NCBI GenBank assembly: GCA_951406725.2
Contig: OX597838.1
Span: 28,086,001 to 28,150,000 of the forward strand
Direction: 5' to 3'
Source: Octopus vulgaris
Taxonomy: Eukaryota
DNA length: 64,000 nucleotides
The notes beneath the pieces were generated by a model. It made no database searches. It saw only the letters and a program-made list of their open reading frames with translations, and had not been told where the DNA came from. Below, in pieces: positions 24,838 to 38,455 of this stretch. The first letter of the stretch is position 1. Every line of letters starts with the position of its first letter. The position numbers were made by a program, and so were the translations under genes.

Positions 24838-25170
24838 GAGATTTGGCTGCTATTTCTAGCTCTGCCTATAGCTCATATTCTCTTGGTTGCAATATTGTTA
24901 GTAGAAGTCTGACAGTAGGATGTGACTTGATCGAGATTGGCTGCTATTTCTAGCTCTGCCTATAGCTCATATTCTCTTGGTTGCAATATTGTCAGTAGAA
25001 GTCAGATAGTAGGATGTGATTTGATTGAGATTGGCTGCTATTTCTAGCTCTGCCTATAGCTCACATTTCCCTGGTTGCAATGTTGTTGGTAGAAGTCCGA
25101 CAGTAGATGCGATTTGATAGAGATGTAACTGCTATTTCTAGCTCCATCAATGTCTCATATTTCCTTGGTA
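24838..25170. repeat. ~94-bp tandem repeat, ~3.5 units
   Basis: gagattggctgctatttctagctctgcctatagctc recurs at ~24838, 24933, 25027 and 25120. Confidence 0.85.
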
Positions 25171-25461
25171 TGTCTATGAGATGATAGCAATGGCGTTTCG
25201 GGAACTGCCAGTATGCAGTTATTTTCTTATTGAAAGGTTATATTCTAAGAACCACACATTTTTCTAAATTGAAATATTGTATTTTTTCCCCCCTCTCTTT
25301 CTTCCTCAACTGACATAAAAAAAAAGTAGGGGGATGAGTTTTTTTTTTTTTTTGTGGGGAGGAGGTATTTGTTCCAAGTATATATATTTTTTTTTAAAGA
25401 AGTTTTTTTATCTATTTTTTTTCCCTTCACATAACACAGCTATTATTGTGCTTGTGAATGT

Positions 25462-25506
<45 letters not shown>

Positions 25507-25597
25507 CACACATTTGTGTGCTTTTAGTTTTTAAGACAGATTTTCAATTTTTTTTTTTTTGCTTTTGCTATTTGGCAGGTTTTCAGAAAAATAACAA

Positions 25598-25632
<35 letters not shown>

Positions 25633-25636
25633 TGTT

Positions 25637-25667
<31 letters not shown>

Positions 25668-25987
25668 TTGTGTGTGTATCTCTGTTTGTGTGTGTTTGTT
25701 TGTTTGTGTGTGTGTGTATGTCTGTGTGTGTATGTATGTCTGTGTGTGTATATACACCACACACATGCATGCACATACATGCACACACACACGTACACAG
25801 ACATGTATGTACACATGTATACACATATACATATTCTTGCACGCATACATCTTACTGCGTAGTGGCAACACCCAGTTTTTCAGTAAATTTTTTTTGATTT
25901 CATTTATTTTTTCCTTTCTTTCTTGAACTTTTCTTTTCGTTTTTTTTTTTATTGCTTATAGTTTATTTTTCTGCAAACAATTGGTTT

Positions 25988-26001
25988 GTTTCTATGGTAA
26001 C
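25988..26001. promoter_or_regulatory. RFX X-box-like motif GTTTCTATGGTAAC
   Basis: Fits GTHNYY-AT-RRNAAC and lies in unique sequence. Similar motifs occur at 19693-19706, 20054-20066 and 41614-41627. Confidence 0.3.
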
Positions 26002-26096
26002 AATAATAAATACCATGAAACAACAGTTACAACACAAACAACAAACAATGGTTTTTTTTAAATCAAAATTTATTTTTTAAACAGTTGGTTATACAG

Positions 26097-26143
<47 letters not shown>

Positions 26144-26231
26144 ATATGAATGGTGCTCTCTTTCATGATAAACAATTAAGTGGAGTGTTGACTTAAGTAT
26201 TTTGCTACTCTGTATTATTGTCCTCAGTGGT

Positions 26232-27170
26232 GGGCATGGCTTTCTGGTTAACAAGCTTGCTCTGTGGTGTCTGGTTTGGCCCTACTGTGTGATGCCTTGG
26301 GCAAAATGCTTTCTTGTATAGTCCTGGGCCAACTAATGCCTTGTGAATGAGTTTGGCTGATGGAAACTGTATGGAAGCCCATTGTGTGTGTGTATGTGTG
26401 TGTATACATATATATATATAGTGCCAGTGACACGTAAAAAGCACCATCCGATCGTGGCTGTTTGCCAGCCTCGTCTGGCACCTGTGCCAGTGGCACGTAA
26501 AAAGCACCCACTACACTAATGGAGTGGTTGGCGTTAGGAAGGGCATCCAGCCGTAGAAGCATTGCCCGAACAGACTGGGCCTGGTGCAGCCTTCTGGCTT
26601 CCCAGACCCCAGTTGAACCATCCAGCCCATGCCAGCATGGAAAGCGGATGCTAAATGATGATGATGATGATAGTGTGTATGTATGTGTGCATGTCTTTGT
26701 GTTTGTTCTCCCACCATTTGACAACCATTGTTGGTTTGTTTATGTCCCCTTGTTTCACAAAAGAAACTGATAGAATATGTATTGGGTTTATAAATAAAAA
26801 AAAAAGCACTAGGGTTTGTTTGTTTGGTTAAAGACTTCAAGGCAGTGCTCCAGCATGGCTGCAGTCTAATGACTGAACCAAACAGATGGCATATCCATCC
26901 ATCCATCTCTCTCCCTACTCTTTCTATATATTTGTGTGTCTTTGTGTCTGTGTTTGTCATCCCCACCGCTTGGTACTGGTTTGTTTACATCCCTGTAATT
27001 TAGTGATTTGGCAAAAGACACCCAATGGAACAAGTACCAGGCTTTAAAAAAACCAAGACAAAACAAAAAAAATCTATAAATACTAGTATTGATTTGTTTG
27101 ATTAAACCCCCTTCAAAATAATGCTTTGGTATGGCTGCAATCCAATGACTGAAGCAAGTAAGAGATAAAA
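26232..27170 (+). mobile_element. Old SINE-A fragments with a nested RTE-like tail (26420-26670)
   Basis: Diverged family A head and two tails flanking a young family C copy. Confidence 0.7.
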
Positions 27171-28140
27171 AGATTTGAGACTGGTTGCTCATTTCTGTCT
27201 TACAGTCATGTAGAACATATCCAGCAGAGATTCCTTGCTTCTGAATTTGGTGCATTATGACCTTCCCAGCGAGGTGTTAGGTACTTGTTAGTACTCAGTG
27301 CTACAAGTTTACTGTTTTGGCGTTGTTGTTGTTGTTGCTGTTTCTGTTGTTCTAACTATAGTTTGAAGCATTTTGTTTATGTTCTCATACCAAGCGATCT
27401 TCTCGGTGAAACTGGTCTATTTTCATATTCATAAATGATGTTGGCATTGTTGTTACGTAAGAAAGAATTTGCTGATGTTTCTCAGAAGGAACAACAATTG
27501 TGCAAGTTTTTTATTTCATGACATTTCTCAGTCCTAATAATATACTCCAGTTAAATAATAATAATAATGATGATGATAATAATGATGATGATAATAATAA
27601 TAATGATAATAATAATAATAATAATAATAATGATAAATGCCCTGATGCAGTACCAGACAGTGGCTTTCATGGCTGCTGATCTTAATTGATTGGAAGTGTT
27701 ATCATGGACGTTGTTTTGTCTTGGTATAAAAGATGGGCTACAGCAAATATTCTGTTCAATACCACAGATTTGCTTGTCAGTTGTTTGACCGTAACCAGTT
27801 GAGCATGTCCCTTAGTGGCTGACGATATGTGCGTCTCTGATCTCAAGCAGAAGTAGTGGGGGAGCATTAGAGCCGTGTATTGAGAGGGATTCTTTGGAGT
27901 TTGAATAATTCAACTCTGGAAACATGGGTCTTTTGCTCAACATCCTTAAACAACCCTTATTCAGGGACCTTTTGAGCAGGATGGGCTACTCGACGAGAAG
28001 AAAATTCTAACTGGGCCCCACCTGCAAGGTCATGCGCTGTTTATCTTGGTATGAGATCACCATGTCGTGAACATATGGTTGTGATGCATGTGCCTGGTGT
28101 ACCCTTATCAGACAGGTAGTCATGATGGATATACTGGGCT

Positions 28141-28886
28141 CAACTGATACTTACTTTATTGACCCAAAAAGGATAAAAGTTAAGTCAACCTCATCAGAAT
28201 TTGAACTCGGAACACAATGACGGATGAAATGCTGCTAAGCAGTTTGCTTGGTGTGCTGATGATTCTGTCAGCTGGCTAACTTAATAATAATAATAATATT
28301 ATAATAATAATCCTTTTTACTGTAGGCACAAGGCCTTAAATTTTGGGGGCAGGAACCAGTCAATTACATTGACCCCAGTGCATAATGGTTTTTAATCTGT
28401 TGACCCTGAAAGGATGAAAGGCAAAGTCAACCCTGACAGCATTTGAACTTTGAACGTGAAGACAGATGAAATACCTATTTCTTTACTACCCACAAGGAGC
28501 TAAATACAGAGAGGACAAACAAGGACAGACAAACAGATTAAGTCGATTAGATCGACCCTAGTACACAACTGGTACTTAATTTATTGACCCCGAAAGGATG
28601 AAAGGCAAAGTTGACCTCGGCAGACTCAGAACGTAGCAGCAGATGAAATACCTATTTCTTTACTACCCACAAGGGGCTAAACACAGAAGGAACAAACAAG
28701 GACAGACAAACGGATTAAGTCGATTATATTGACCCCAGTATGTAACTGGTACTTATTTAATGGCGCCCCGAAAGGATGAAAGGCTTAGTCGACCTCGGCG
28801 GAATTTGAACTCAGAACATAGCAGCAAACAAAATACCCCTAAGCATTTCGCCCAGCATGCTAACGATTCTGCCAGCTCATTGCCTT
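28141..28886 (-). mobile_element. SINE-B multimer (trimer plus monomer)
   Basis: Repeated gacccc gaaaggatgaaaggcaaagtcgacctcggc units joined at gaaatacctatttctttactacc. Confidence 0.8.
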
Positions 28887-29607
28887 AACTCTTTAGTATT
28901 TAAACCGGCCATATCCGGCTAAAATATTTAATCTGTTTTATGTTCAAACTGACCAGATCCAGGCCCTCACACCTACCCTACAATGTTATTCTACATTAAG
29001 TAATTACACCATCAAGATCTTGAAGATATGAGATAATGCATGATTAATTCAAATCAATAGGAATCAATAGACATTATGTTTGATTGAATAATCTGAACAC
29101 TAAAGGGTTAAATAATAATAATAATAATTTTTTGCATGAGGCCAACCATTTTCAGGGGAGGGTTATGTCGATTACACCTCAGTGCTCAACTGGTACTTAA
29201 CAAACTCGGAATGTAAAGAGCTTCAACAAATGTCATTAAGCATTTTGTCTGATGCGCTAACGATTCTGCCAGCTCACTGCTTTACCAGAATCCTAACTTG
29301 ATTACTTTCCTGGAATAAGGAGTCTGAAAGTTATGAATTAATTGTTAATGCTTTAGCCATTTTGTTAGTACGTTTCTATCTTTGACAAAAAGAAAGAAAA
29401 TAAAACGAGGAATTTTGGAAAACAACTTCATCATTATTATTAAGCTGATGCTTGGAATATTATAAGTTTAATGCAGCGTCAGTCAAATTGTGTTTGTTCC
29501 AGTATTTTTTCATATTTGTTGGATGTTTTCGAAGAAATTTAAAACCAAAGATGAAAAGTGGTTTTAATTTTCTTACATCAATTGTACCAAATCTAAACAC
29601 GCATATT

Positions 29608-29640
<33 letters not shown>

Positions 29641-29894
29641 TACATACATACATACATATATACACACACACTCGCACACACATACATACACAAACACACA
29701 CACACATATACACACACATACATACACAAACACACACATATATATACACACACACACACACTCGCACACACATACATACACAAACACACACACACACATA
29801 TATACACACACATACATACACAAACACACACAAACATACACAAACACGCACATACACACACGCACATACACACACACACATATATACACACACA

Positions 29895-29970
<76 letters not shown>

Positions 29971-30187
29971 TATACACACACACACATATATATATATATA
30001 TACACACATACACACACACACACACACATATATATAATAAGTATCACTTCCTATATACAGTGCTTGCCAAAATACATAAATGAATGCAAACAGCCACCAC
30101 AACCTCATCCACCACTGTCACACCCACCACCACCACCATTCAAATTGCACCTCACTTATCAAACTTAGTTAAATGATTGGTTGCTCG

Positions 30188-30580
30188 GGTGCAGGCATGG
30201 CTGTGTGGCAAGGAGCTTGCTTCCCAACCACATGGTTCCAAGTTCAGTCCCACTGCATGGCACCTTGGGCAAGGGTCTTCTACTATAGCCTCGGGCTGAC
30301 CAAAGTCTTTGTGAGTGGATTTAGTAGATGGAAACTGAAAGAAGCCCACATGTATATATATGTGTGTGTTTTTCAGTTTGCCCCCCCCCCACTTGACAAC
30401 TGGTGCGGGTGTGTTTATGTCCTTGTAACTTAATGGTTCAGCAAAAGTAATCAATAGAGTAAGTACCGAGCTTTAAAGAACAAAAAAAAAATTAAGTACT
30501 GGGGTTGATTTGCTCAACAAAAATTCTTCAGGGTGGTGCCCCAGCATGGCCACAGTCTAATGACTGAAACAAGTGAAAGA
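30188..30580 (+). mobile_element. SINE family A
   Basis: Family A consensus. Confidence 0.8.
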
Positions 30581-31359
30581 TACAGAATCCTGCCTCCTCC
30601 TCCTGCCCCTCTCCGACTACCACCCAAAATGTCCAGGCAGTGTTACTTGTTTTTCTTTTTCTTTCTCTCCGCCTTCCATCCCCTACCCTATTCTGTACCC
30701 TTTATATTGACTGGGTTTTGTGTTTTGGAAGCAGTCGCTCACAGCTGAAATAATGATAGGGTGGATGGTTAGACTTTTAACCACCCCCCAAGCTTTCATC
30801 TGTTTCTCTCAGTTGGTACCCTGCACTGCCCACCCACCCACCCACCCCTTTAGTCTCCATTTGTTTCCGTTCAGAGGTCTTTGATTCCACTTCTTTGAGT
30901 ATCTCATTTGGATGTTTGCGAATCCACCCACACCACAAGGTACACATTGTGTGTAAGGGATTAGGGTATTTTTGGCTCAGCATAAAGAAGAATGTTGTAC
31001 AAACAAACATTTGACTAGGTTCATGACCCCTAATCTTATTATATACCAAACCTAACTTTTGGCTTCTCTTACTTGCCTTTCAGTTTATTTGTTTTTGTTT
31101 TTTTTCTTTTGTGGGGTCCATTGCTCTTGTCTGTATGTATGAATGGCTGGCTTTGTGTGTGTGCATGTATGTGTGTGTGTGTGCCAATGCTAATTCAGCT
31201 CTGGAATCTTCCTCTGTGTGGTTTTTCTTTGTTTTTTTTTTCTGGAGACTGAGCTTTGTTTTCAGAGAAATCTAACCTTATTTGTAATACTGTTCTGTTT
31301 ACAAACCCATGCAGTTTGGCTTGGTAAGATAAAGATTATAAATTGCAATACCCAAAGAT

Positions 31360-31395
<36 letters not shown>

Positions 31396-31404
31396 GTAGT
31401 ATCG

Positions 31405-33122
31405 CCTTTTACTTGTTTTGATCATTGGACTGCAGCCATACTTGGGCACCACCCTGAAGGATTTAGTCAAATTGCTCCAAGTACTTTGTCTATGAGTATC
31501 TTTTTATCAAACCACTAAGCTACAGGGATGCAAACAAACCAACACAGGTTGCCAAGGCAGTCACATAAATATATGTGTGTGTGTGTGTGCGTGCACACAC
31601 ACACACACATACATACATACATATACAAGTACCGGACAAACTTCTATGCAGTTTCCATCTGCTAAATCTGCCCACACAGTATTAGTTGATCTGGGTCCAT
31701 AGGAAGAAGACACTTGCCCACGGTGCCATGCTATAGGACTGAACCCCAAACCACATGGTTACAAGCTTCTGCACCATACAACCATGCCTATGTCTATCTG
31801 CACAGTTTCCATGGAATCCATTAATCTGTTTGTTTCCAGAGAACAATTTGACTCTGGAATTTCCTCTCGGAGATTCATAGAGCAGACCCAGTATGTCTGT
31901 CCAGTCAACAATCTGATTTCAATCCCATCTTGGAGCTTTTTCTGTCCACTTGAATTGCTATTGTCCTTTAAAAATATAAGGAGGACTTATGCTTTCCTGT
32001 TCTTAATAATCATTTTAGCCAATTATGCTTGGAAACTGGTGAGCATTGGCAATAGGAAGGGCATCCAGTCATAGAAAATCTACCTAAAATTCCATCACGC
32101 ATGCAACCATGGGAAAGTGGTTGTTAAATTCTCTCTCTTTTACTCTTTTACTTGCTTCAGTCATTTGACTGTGGCCATGCTGGAGCACAACCTTTAGTTG
32201 AGCCAATCGACCCCAGGACTTATTCTTTGTAAGCCTAGTACTTATTCTATCGGTCTCTTTTGCCGAACCACTAAGTTACGGGGACGTAAACACACCAGCA
32301 TCGGTTGTCAAGCGATGTTGAGGGGACAAACACAGACACACACAAACATATACACACACATACATATGTATATGTACATATACACACGACGGGCTTCTTT
32401 CAGTTTCCGTCTACCAAATCCACTCACAAGGCTTTGGTCGGCCCAAGGCTATAGTAGAAGACACTTGCCCAAGGTGCCATGTAGTGGGACTGAACCCTGA
32501 ACCATGTGGTTGGTAAGCAAGCTACTTACCACACAGCCACTCCAATGCCATGATGATAAAAGTTCAGCCCACTTGAATTTGCTGCAGTGTAATAAAGTGT
32601 TGTAATTTAATGACCTGATATTAATTGATCTGCTTAATTATCATGGGTTTATTCTTTGATGTATATACCAGTTCTATATATGGATGGTTCTCTGTCAGTT
32701 TCATCAATGGAGATTCTCTCTCTCTCTCTCTCTCCCTGTCACATTCTCAATATTCCACTGAATCAAGGATGAGAAAGTCAAGAGGGCATTGACCTAGAAG
32801 ATTGTTGTTTACAGAGAATGTTGACATAGAAGCAAGATTTTTACCACACAGCCATGCCTAACTACATGCTTCCGGATTCAGTCCCACTACGTGGCTCCTT
32901 GGACAAACATCTTCTATAGCCCTGGGCTGACCAAAGCCTTGTGAGTGGATTTCGTAGACAGAAACTGAAAGAAGCTCAAAGTGTGTGCAAGTGTGAATTC
33001 CACTCACAAAGCCTTGGTTAACTCCAGGCTGTAGTAGAACGCGACTTTTCCGAGATGCTATTCTGTGGGATTGAACCCAAAATTGCATGGTTGCAAAACA
33101 AACTTCCTAACTACACAGCCTG
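31405..33122. mobile_element. SINE-A copies: old minus copy 31405-31790, young minus copy 32137-32543, head fragments 32830-33122
   Basis: Family A consensus matches. Confidence 0.75.
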
Positions 33123-33587
33123 CATATATTATATATAATGTATGCACATATACTCAAACTGATGTGGCAACAGCATCACTGATGCTGCTGCTGCTACTGA
33201 TGATGATGGTGGTGGTGGTGGTGGTGGTGGTGGTGATGGTGAGTTATTTTGTTTATAAAACTTTCTCTTCCTGCATATCATATGTAACAAGGCGGGGCAA
33301 AGAAACATTCACCTCCTTGTGTGTGTGTGTTATCAAATGCTGAAACCCCAGGTACTATCAGAACTGGCAGACATAATTATATCATGCCCTCCACCCCTTA
33401 CTGTTGTTTATTTTTAGGATCAGCTGACATACTGTCTGACAGTTTTTTTTTTTCCTTTTATTTTTATATATTTATATTTCAGATGCTGTAGTTATCAGCT
33501 GTACATCATCAGCTGTAGCAGCAGCGGCAGTAGTGAGAGAGCCTCTATGTGGTTATGCAACCTACTAGAAATAGCATATAAATTTCC

Positions 33588-33793
33588 CTTAACCCTCATG
33601 ATACCAACCTGTCTAAAATTGTCCCTAAGTGTTACAATAAAAACATCCTACTTTAAAGAGGTCTAAATTAAAATTTCATGATGATTTACCCCAAACACCA
33701 GCTTAAAAATGATAGTAAATTCTTCATCATTTTCAAAATAATTTGAAAGAAAGGCAGTGTAGTTCAACAGAAATATGGTTATAAAAAGGGTTA
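33588..33793. mobile_element. Related TTAA MITE (also 20555-21290 with nested E copies; 48925-49379 with a nested SINE-B)
   Basis: ttaaccc..gataccaacc ... ggcagtgtatttcaacagaaatatggt..aaagggttaa. Confidence 0.65.
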
Positions 33794-34049
33794 AAGCACA
33801 CTTAGAGAAAAAAAAAAAACTGGGAGAATGTCAACCTTGTTCTTTTTTGTTAAGGTTCATAACAATCCGAGTTCAACTCCCATCCAGGTCAAATTACCTT
33901 ATATCTGTGCTGCCAGAATAAGTTAAGTTAATGGAGTTAATGTGATTCATTAACCTCATCTTCTCAAAACTGCTGGCCTTGCACATAAATTAGACACTAT
34001 TATTGTTGTCATCATCATCTTCATCATCATCTTCATCATCATCATTATC

Positions 34050-34864
34050 AAAGCGGCAAGCTGACAGAATCGTTAGCATGCCAGATGAAATGCTTAGCGT
34101 CAGAGTTCAAATTCCGCTGAGGTCGATTTTGCCTTTCATCCTTTCGGGGTCGATGAAATAAGTACCAGTTATGCACTGGGGTCGATATAATCGACTTAAT
34201 CCGTTTGTCTGTCCTTCTTTGTTCTCTCTGTGTTTAGCCCCTTGTGGGTAGTAAAGAAATAGGTATTTTGCTCGTTACTTTGTTCTGAGTTTAAATTCTG
34301 CCGAGGTTGACTTAACCTTTCATCCTTTCAGGGTCGATAAATTAAAGACCAGTCTCGTACTGGGGTCAATCTACTCGACTGGCCCCCTCCCCCAAAATTT
34401 CAGGCCTTGTACCTATAGTAGAAAGGATTATTTTCATCATCAAAGCAGCAAGCTGGTAGAATTGTTAGCATGCTGGATGAAATGCTTAGCAACAATTTGT
34501 CCATCTTGACATTCTGAGTTCAAATTCTGTTGAGGTTGACTTAGCCTTTCATCCTTTCGGGGGTTGATAAAATAAGTACCAGTTGAACACTGGGGTCGAG
34601 GTAATCGACAAGTCCCCTCCCCCAAAATTTCAGGCCTTGTGACAAAAATTTGAAATCACCATTACTATTATTATGAATCCTTTCAACTATAGGCACAGGG
34701 CCAGCAGTTTTTGCGGAGTGCTCAACTGGTACTTATTTTATCAGCCCCAAAAGGATGGAGGGCAAAGTCGACCTCTGCAGAAGTTGAACTCAAAATGTAA
34801 AGCCAGGAGAAATGCTGCCAAGCATTTTGTCTGGTGTGCTAACAATTCTGCCAGCTCACTACCT

Positions 34865-34899
<35 letters not shown>

Positions 34900-35305
34900 C
34901 CTTTCTACTATAAGCACAAGGCTGGAAATTTTGAGTATGGTGGTGGGGGGGGCAGTCAATTAGATCGATGCCAGTACACAGCTAGTACTTAATTTATCAA
35001 TCCCGAAAAGATGAAAAACAAAGTCGACCTGGGTGGAATCTGAGCTCAGAACATTGTGACAGACGAAATACCTATTTCTTTATTACCCACAAGGGGCTAA
35101 ATGCAGAGAGGACAAACAAGGACAGACAAACAGTTTAAGTTGATTATATCGACCCCAGTGCGTAACTGGTACTTATTTAATCGACCCCGAAAGGATGAAA
35201 GGCAAAGTCGACCTCGGCGGATTTTGAACTCAGAACGTAGCGGCAGACAATATATCACTAAGCATTTCGCCCAGCATGCTAACAATTCTGCCAGGTTGTC
35301 ACCTT
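34050..35305. mobile_element. SINE-B cluster: + dimer and + monomer (34050-34650), then - monomer and - dimer (34677-35305)
   Basis: Family B consensus on opposite strands, separated by (aat)n or (cat)n runs. Confidence 0.8.
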
Positions 35306-36815
35306 AGTAATAATAATAATAATAATAATAATTATTATTATTATTATTATTATTATTATTTCAAATTTTTGCCACAAGGGCAACTTGGAGGAGGTGGGGA
35401 TGAGTCAATTACATCGACCCTAGTGTTCAAATGGTACACACACATAGGTGAACACAAAAGTGCAAAGCAAGGTAGAAAGAGTACTCAAGCACCAAAGGTA
35501 GAGTAATATGCTTGTATGAAAGCTGCAAAATTATCAGAAAACTGTTACTTGGTTTCATGTTCCTGTTCACTGGACACTAACAAATGGGAACGTGAAATTC
35601 TAACAGTTTTATGATGATAGATAGATAAGCTAAAGGAGGAGGGCTAACACCTATGACCTTTGCAAGTTCCCCCAGGGTGGTGGGGGAGTTTTGATTGGTG
35701 TGTTTGATGTTCAGCTTGAACTTCTGAAGGTTGTGCTGTCTGTGGAGATAATCTAATAATTACATACAGAAAGATGGGAAGAATTTCAGAAAATTGTAGT
35801 TTCGAGAAGGAATGGTCGGGAAAAGTGCAAAGTTTGAAGCTGGGTGTGAGACAGAGATATAATGGAGAGGAAAGACCAGGTGTGTTGTATGGACCACAGC
35901 AGAGCTGTTTTGTGGCTTTGGAGAATCAAAGGTCATTCCTGCTGCTGTTAAAGAAGAGAAGAAACCTTATACCTGTGAATCTGTGGTTGTAATACACACC
36001 AGCTCTTTTCTCATAAATTCTCTTGATTTTATTTATTTATTTGCTTAATTTTTTGGTTTTTGGCCTTTTTATTCATAGCTATTATCTACTTGAACATTTC
36101 CTTAGTTTTATGGGCTTTGCCGGTGATAAACTGAACAATATTTATATAAAGGCTTTACACACACACACACACACACACACATTACTATAAGCTGTAGTGA
36201 ATGGTTTTGTTTTGTATGTACTCACACCATATATAATGATGTTTAACCCTTTAGCATTCACATTGTTTTGAATTAACCAGGCATTATGTTGTAGCTTTGA
36301 GGTTTCGATGATGCAATTGTATATTTTTAGAATGACATTGTAGGATAGGTGTGAAAGACTGGATCTGCCTGTTTGGACATAAAACAAGAAGAATATTTGG
36401 GCTGGATATAGTATGGATACTAAATGATTAATGAAGGGTTATAGTAAAATTAAACAGGGAGCTCTTTGGCAACATAAATTCTAAACCTTAATAATTTAAT
36501 GCAACAAAAAGGAGGAAAGATTGGCTGAGTCTATTGGAGTGTTGGATAGAATGCCTTGGGTACGCTATTTGTTCAAACACACTGTGTACCGACTTCAAAC
36601 CCTGGTGCAGCCAACTTTGTTTTTTATCGTTCAAGATTGATAAAAAAAAAAGTACCAGTTGAGGGTGGGGGTTTTGGTGGGACTGTTTGATGGTCACGCA
36701 AGATGCTTGGTCATATCTGTTCTGGGACTTTTGTGTTTTGGCAGCAATGACAAAGACAATACTGGTGCCAAGCTACGGCTTCTCTCTTGGAAATGTGCTC
36801 AACAATGGCCATTAT

Positions 36816-37096
36816 TTAACCCTTTGATGATATCGCGATGATACCTGGTTGATCCTGCCAGTAGGCATATGCTTGTCTCAAAGCTTAAGCCATGCAAGTG
36901 TAATTAAAGCTCTGGCTCTGTGGTAAAATGTCTTGTTTTCACAGGTTTTAAATTAAAATCTTCCACCAAGCCTTAGTCCCAATTTACATTCCTAACACTA
37001 GCTTAATGATAACTAAGTTATTTTACTAAATATATTTAAAATTAATTGAAAGAAACACAGAACATCTCAAAATAAATACAGTAATGAAAGGGTTAA
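36816..37096. mobile_element. piggyBac-like TTAA MITE family E (others at 10218-10445, 20662-20887, 20892-21114)
   Basis: ttaacccttt...gaaagggttaa termini and a shared body. This copy carries the 18S fragment. Confidence 0.8.
36842..36903 (+). pseudogene. 18S rRNA 5'-terminal fragment (~62 nt) embedded in a MITE
   Basis: tacctggttgatcctgccagtaggcatatgcttgtctcaaagcttaagccatgcaagtgtaa matches the universal eukaryotic 18S 5' end with about 4 substitutions. Confidence 0.9.
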
Positions 37097-38037
37097 ATAG
37101 TCTACAGATTTCCTATGTGCATGTATAGAGGTGTGTGTGCTACTATCACTTACTACTACTTCTGCTCCATCTCCCCCTGAATGTGATCAAAATAAATTAA
37201 AAATGAGATTTTCAAATGGCCACCACAACACTTTGACTTTCGTTGCCCTTCATTTACCAGCAAAAAGGAAAACTGTAATTGTTTACATTTTCTCTTTAAC
37301 ATAATTTTATGCACATTTCAGTCAGATTATTTTTGTTGTGGAATCAGTCACCTGTTCAGTGCACATAGGTACACATTCATAGCTATTTTTCATGTATGCA
37401 TGGGTGCAGGCATAGCTGCATGGTTAAGAAGCTTTGTCTCCCAACCATGTGGTTTCAGGTTTCACTGTGCTGTGGTACCTTGGGCAAGTATCATCTACAT
37501 TAGACTGCCTCTGGTTGACCATTACCTTGTGAGTGAATTTGGGAGACAGAAACTGTATGGAAGTCCATTATCTCTCCCCCCTCCTCCTCTCTCTATATGT
37601 CTTTGTCTATGCCCCACCACTTAGTATCTGGTGTTGGTTTGTTTACATCCCTGTTACTCAGTGTTGTGTGCAATTGTTGGCAATTGCTTGTCTTTCTCTT
37701 TAAAATGTCTTGCTCAAGCTTTTACATATCTTTTCAGTAAATGTAGTGTCATCATTGTCCAATGGAGGACTCAATACATGTAGATGTCTCATCTTATAAA
37801 ATTATTTCTGTACACAATGGTTTCTCCCCTTTATATCATATTTGATGGTTTATAAGACATACTCCCCCCACCTCCAAAATACCTCAGAAAATTCACCCTG
37901 GGGCCTATATTCCATTGCTTTAATGTACTAAAAACTTTTTCCTGAATATTCACTACTGAAATTGGTGTGCAACTAATAAACTCATGTGTCTTTAATGCAG
38001 TCAAATACAGAATTTATTGACCTGTTTGCCTTTAGGT

Positions 38038-38250
38038 TTACTCTTTTACTTGTTTCAGTCATTTGACTGCGGCCATGCTGGAGCACCGCCTTTAGTCGAG
38101 CAAATCGACCCCGGGACTTATTCTTTGTAAACCCAGTACTTATTCTATCGGTTTCTTTTTCGAACCGCTAAGTGACGGGGACGTAAACACACCAGCATCG
38201 GTTGTCAAGCAATACTAGGGGGACAAACACAGACACACAAACACATACAG

Positions 38251-38289
<39 letters not shown>

Positions 38290-38455
38290 TACGACAGGCT
38301 TCTTTCAGTTTCCGTCTACCAAATCCACTCACAAGGCATTGGTCGGCCCTGGGCTATAGCAGAAGACACTTGCCCAAGATGCCACGCAGTGGGACTGAAC
38401 CCGGAACCATGTGGTTCGTAAGCAAGCTACTTACCACACAGCCACTCCTACGCCT
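38038..38455 (-). mobile_element. Young SINE-A copy
   Basis: CpG-rich, near-consensus reverse complement. Older copies lie at 37400-37660 (+) and 38752-39110 (-). Confidence 0.85.

Noticed and set aside
36842-36903. Functional rRNA gene
   Set aside because: Only ~62 nt, embedded in a MITE; no remainder of an rDNA unit.
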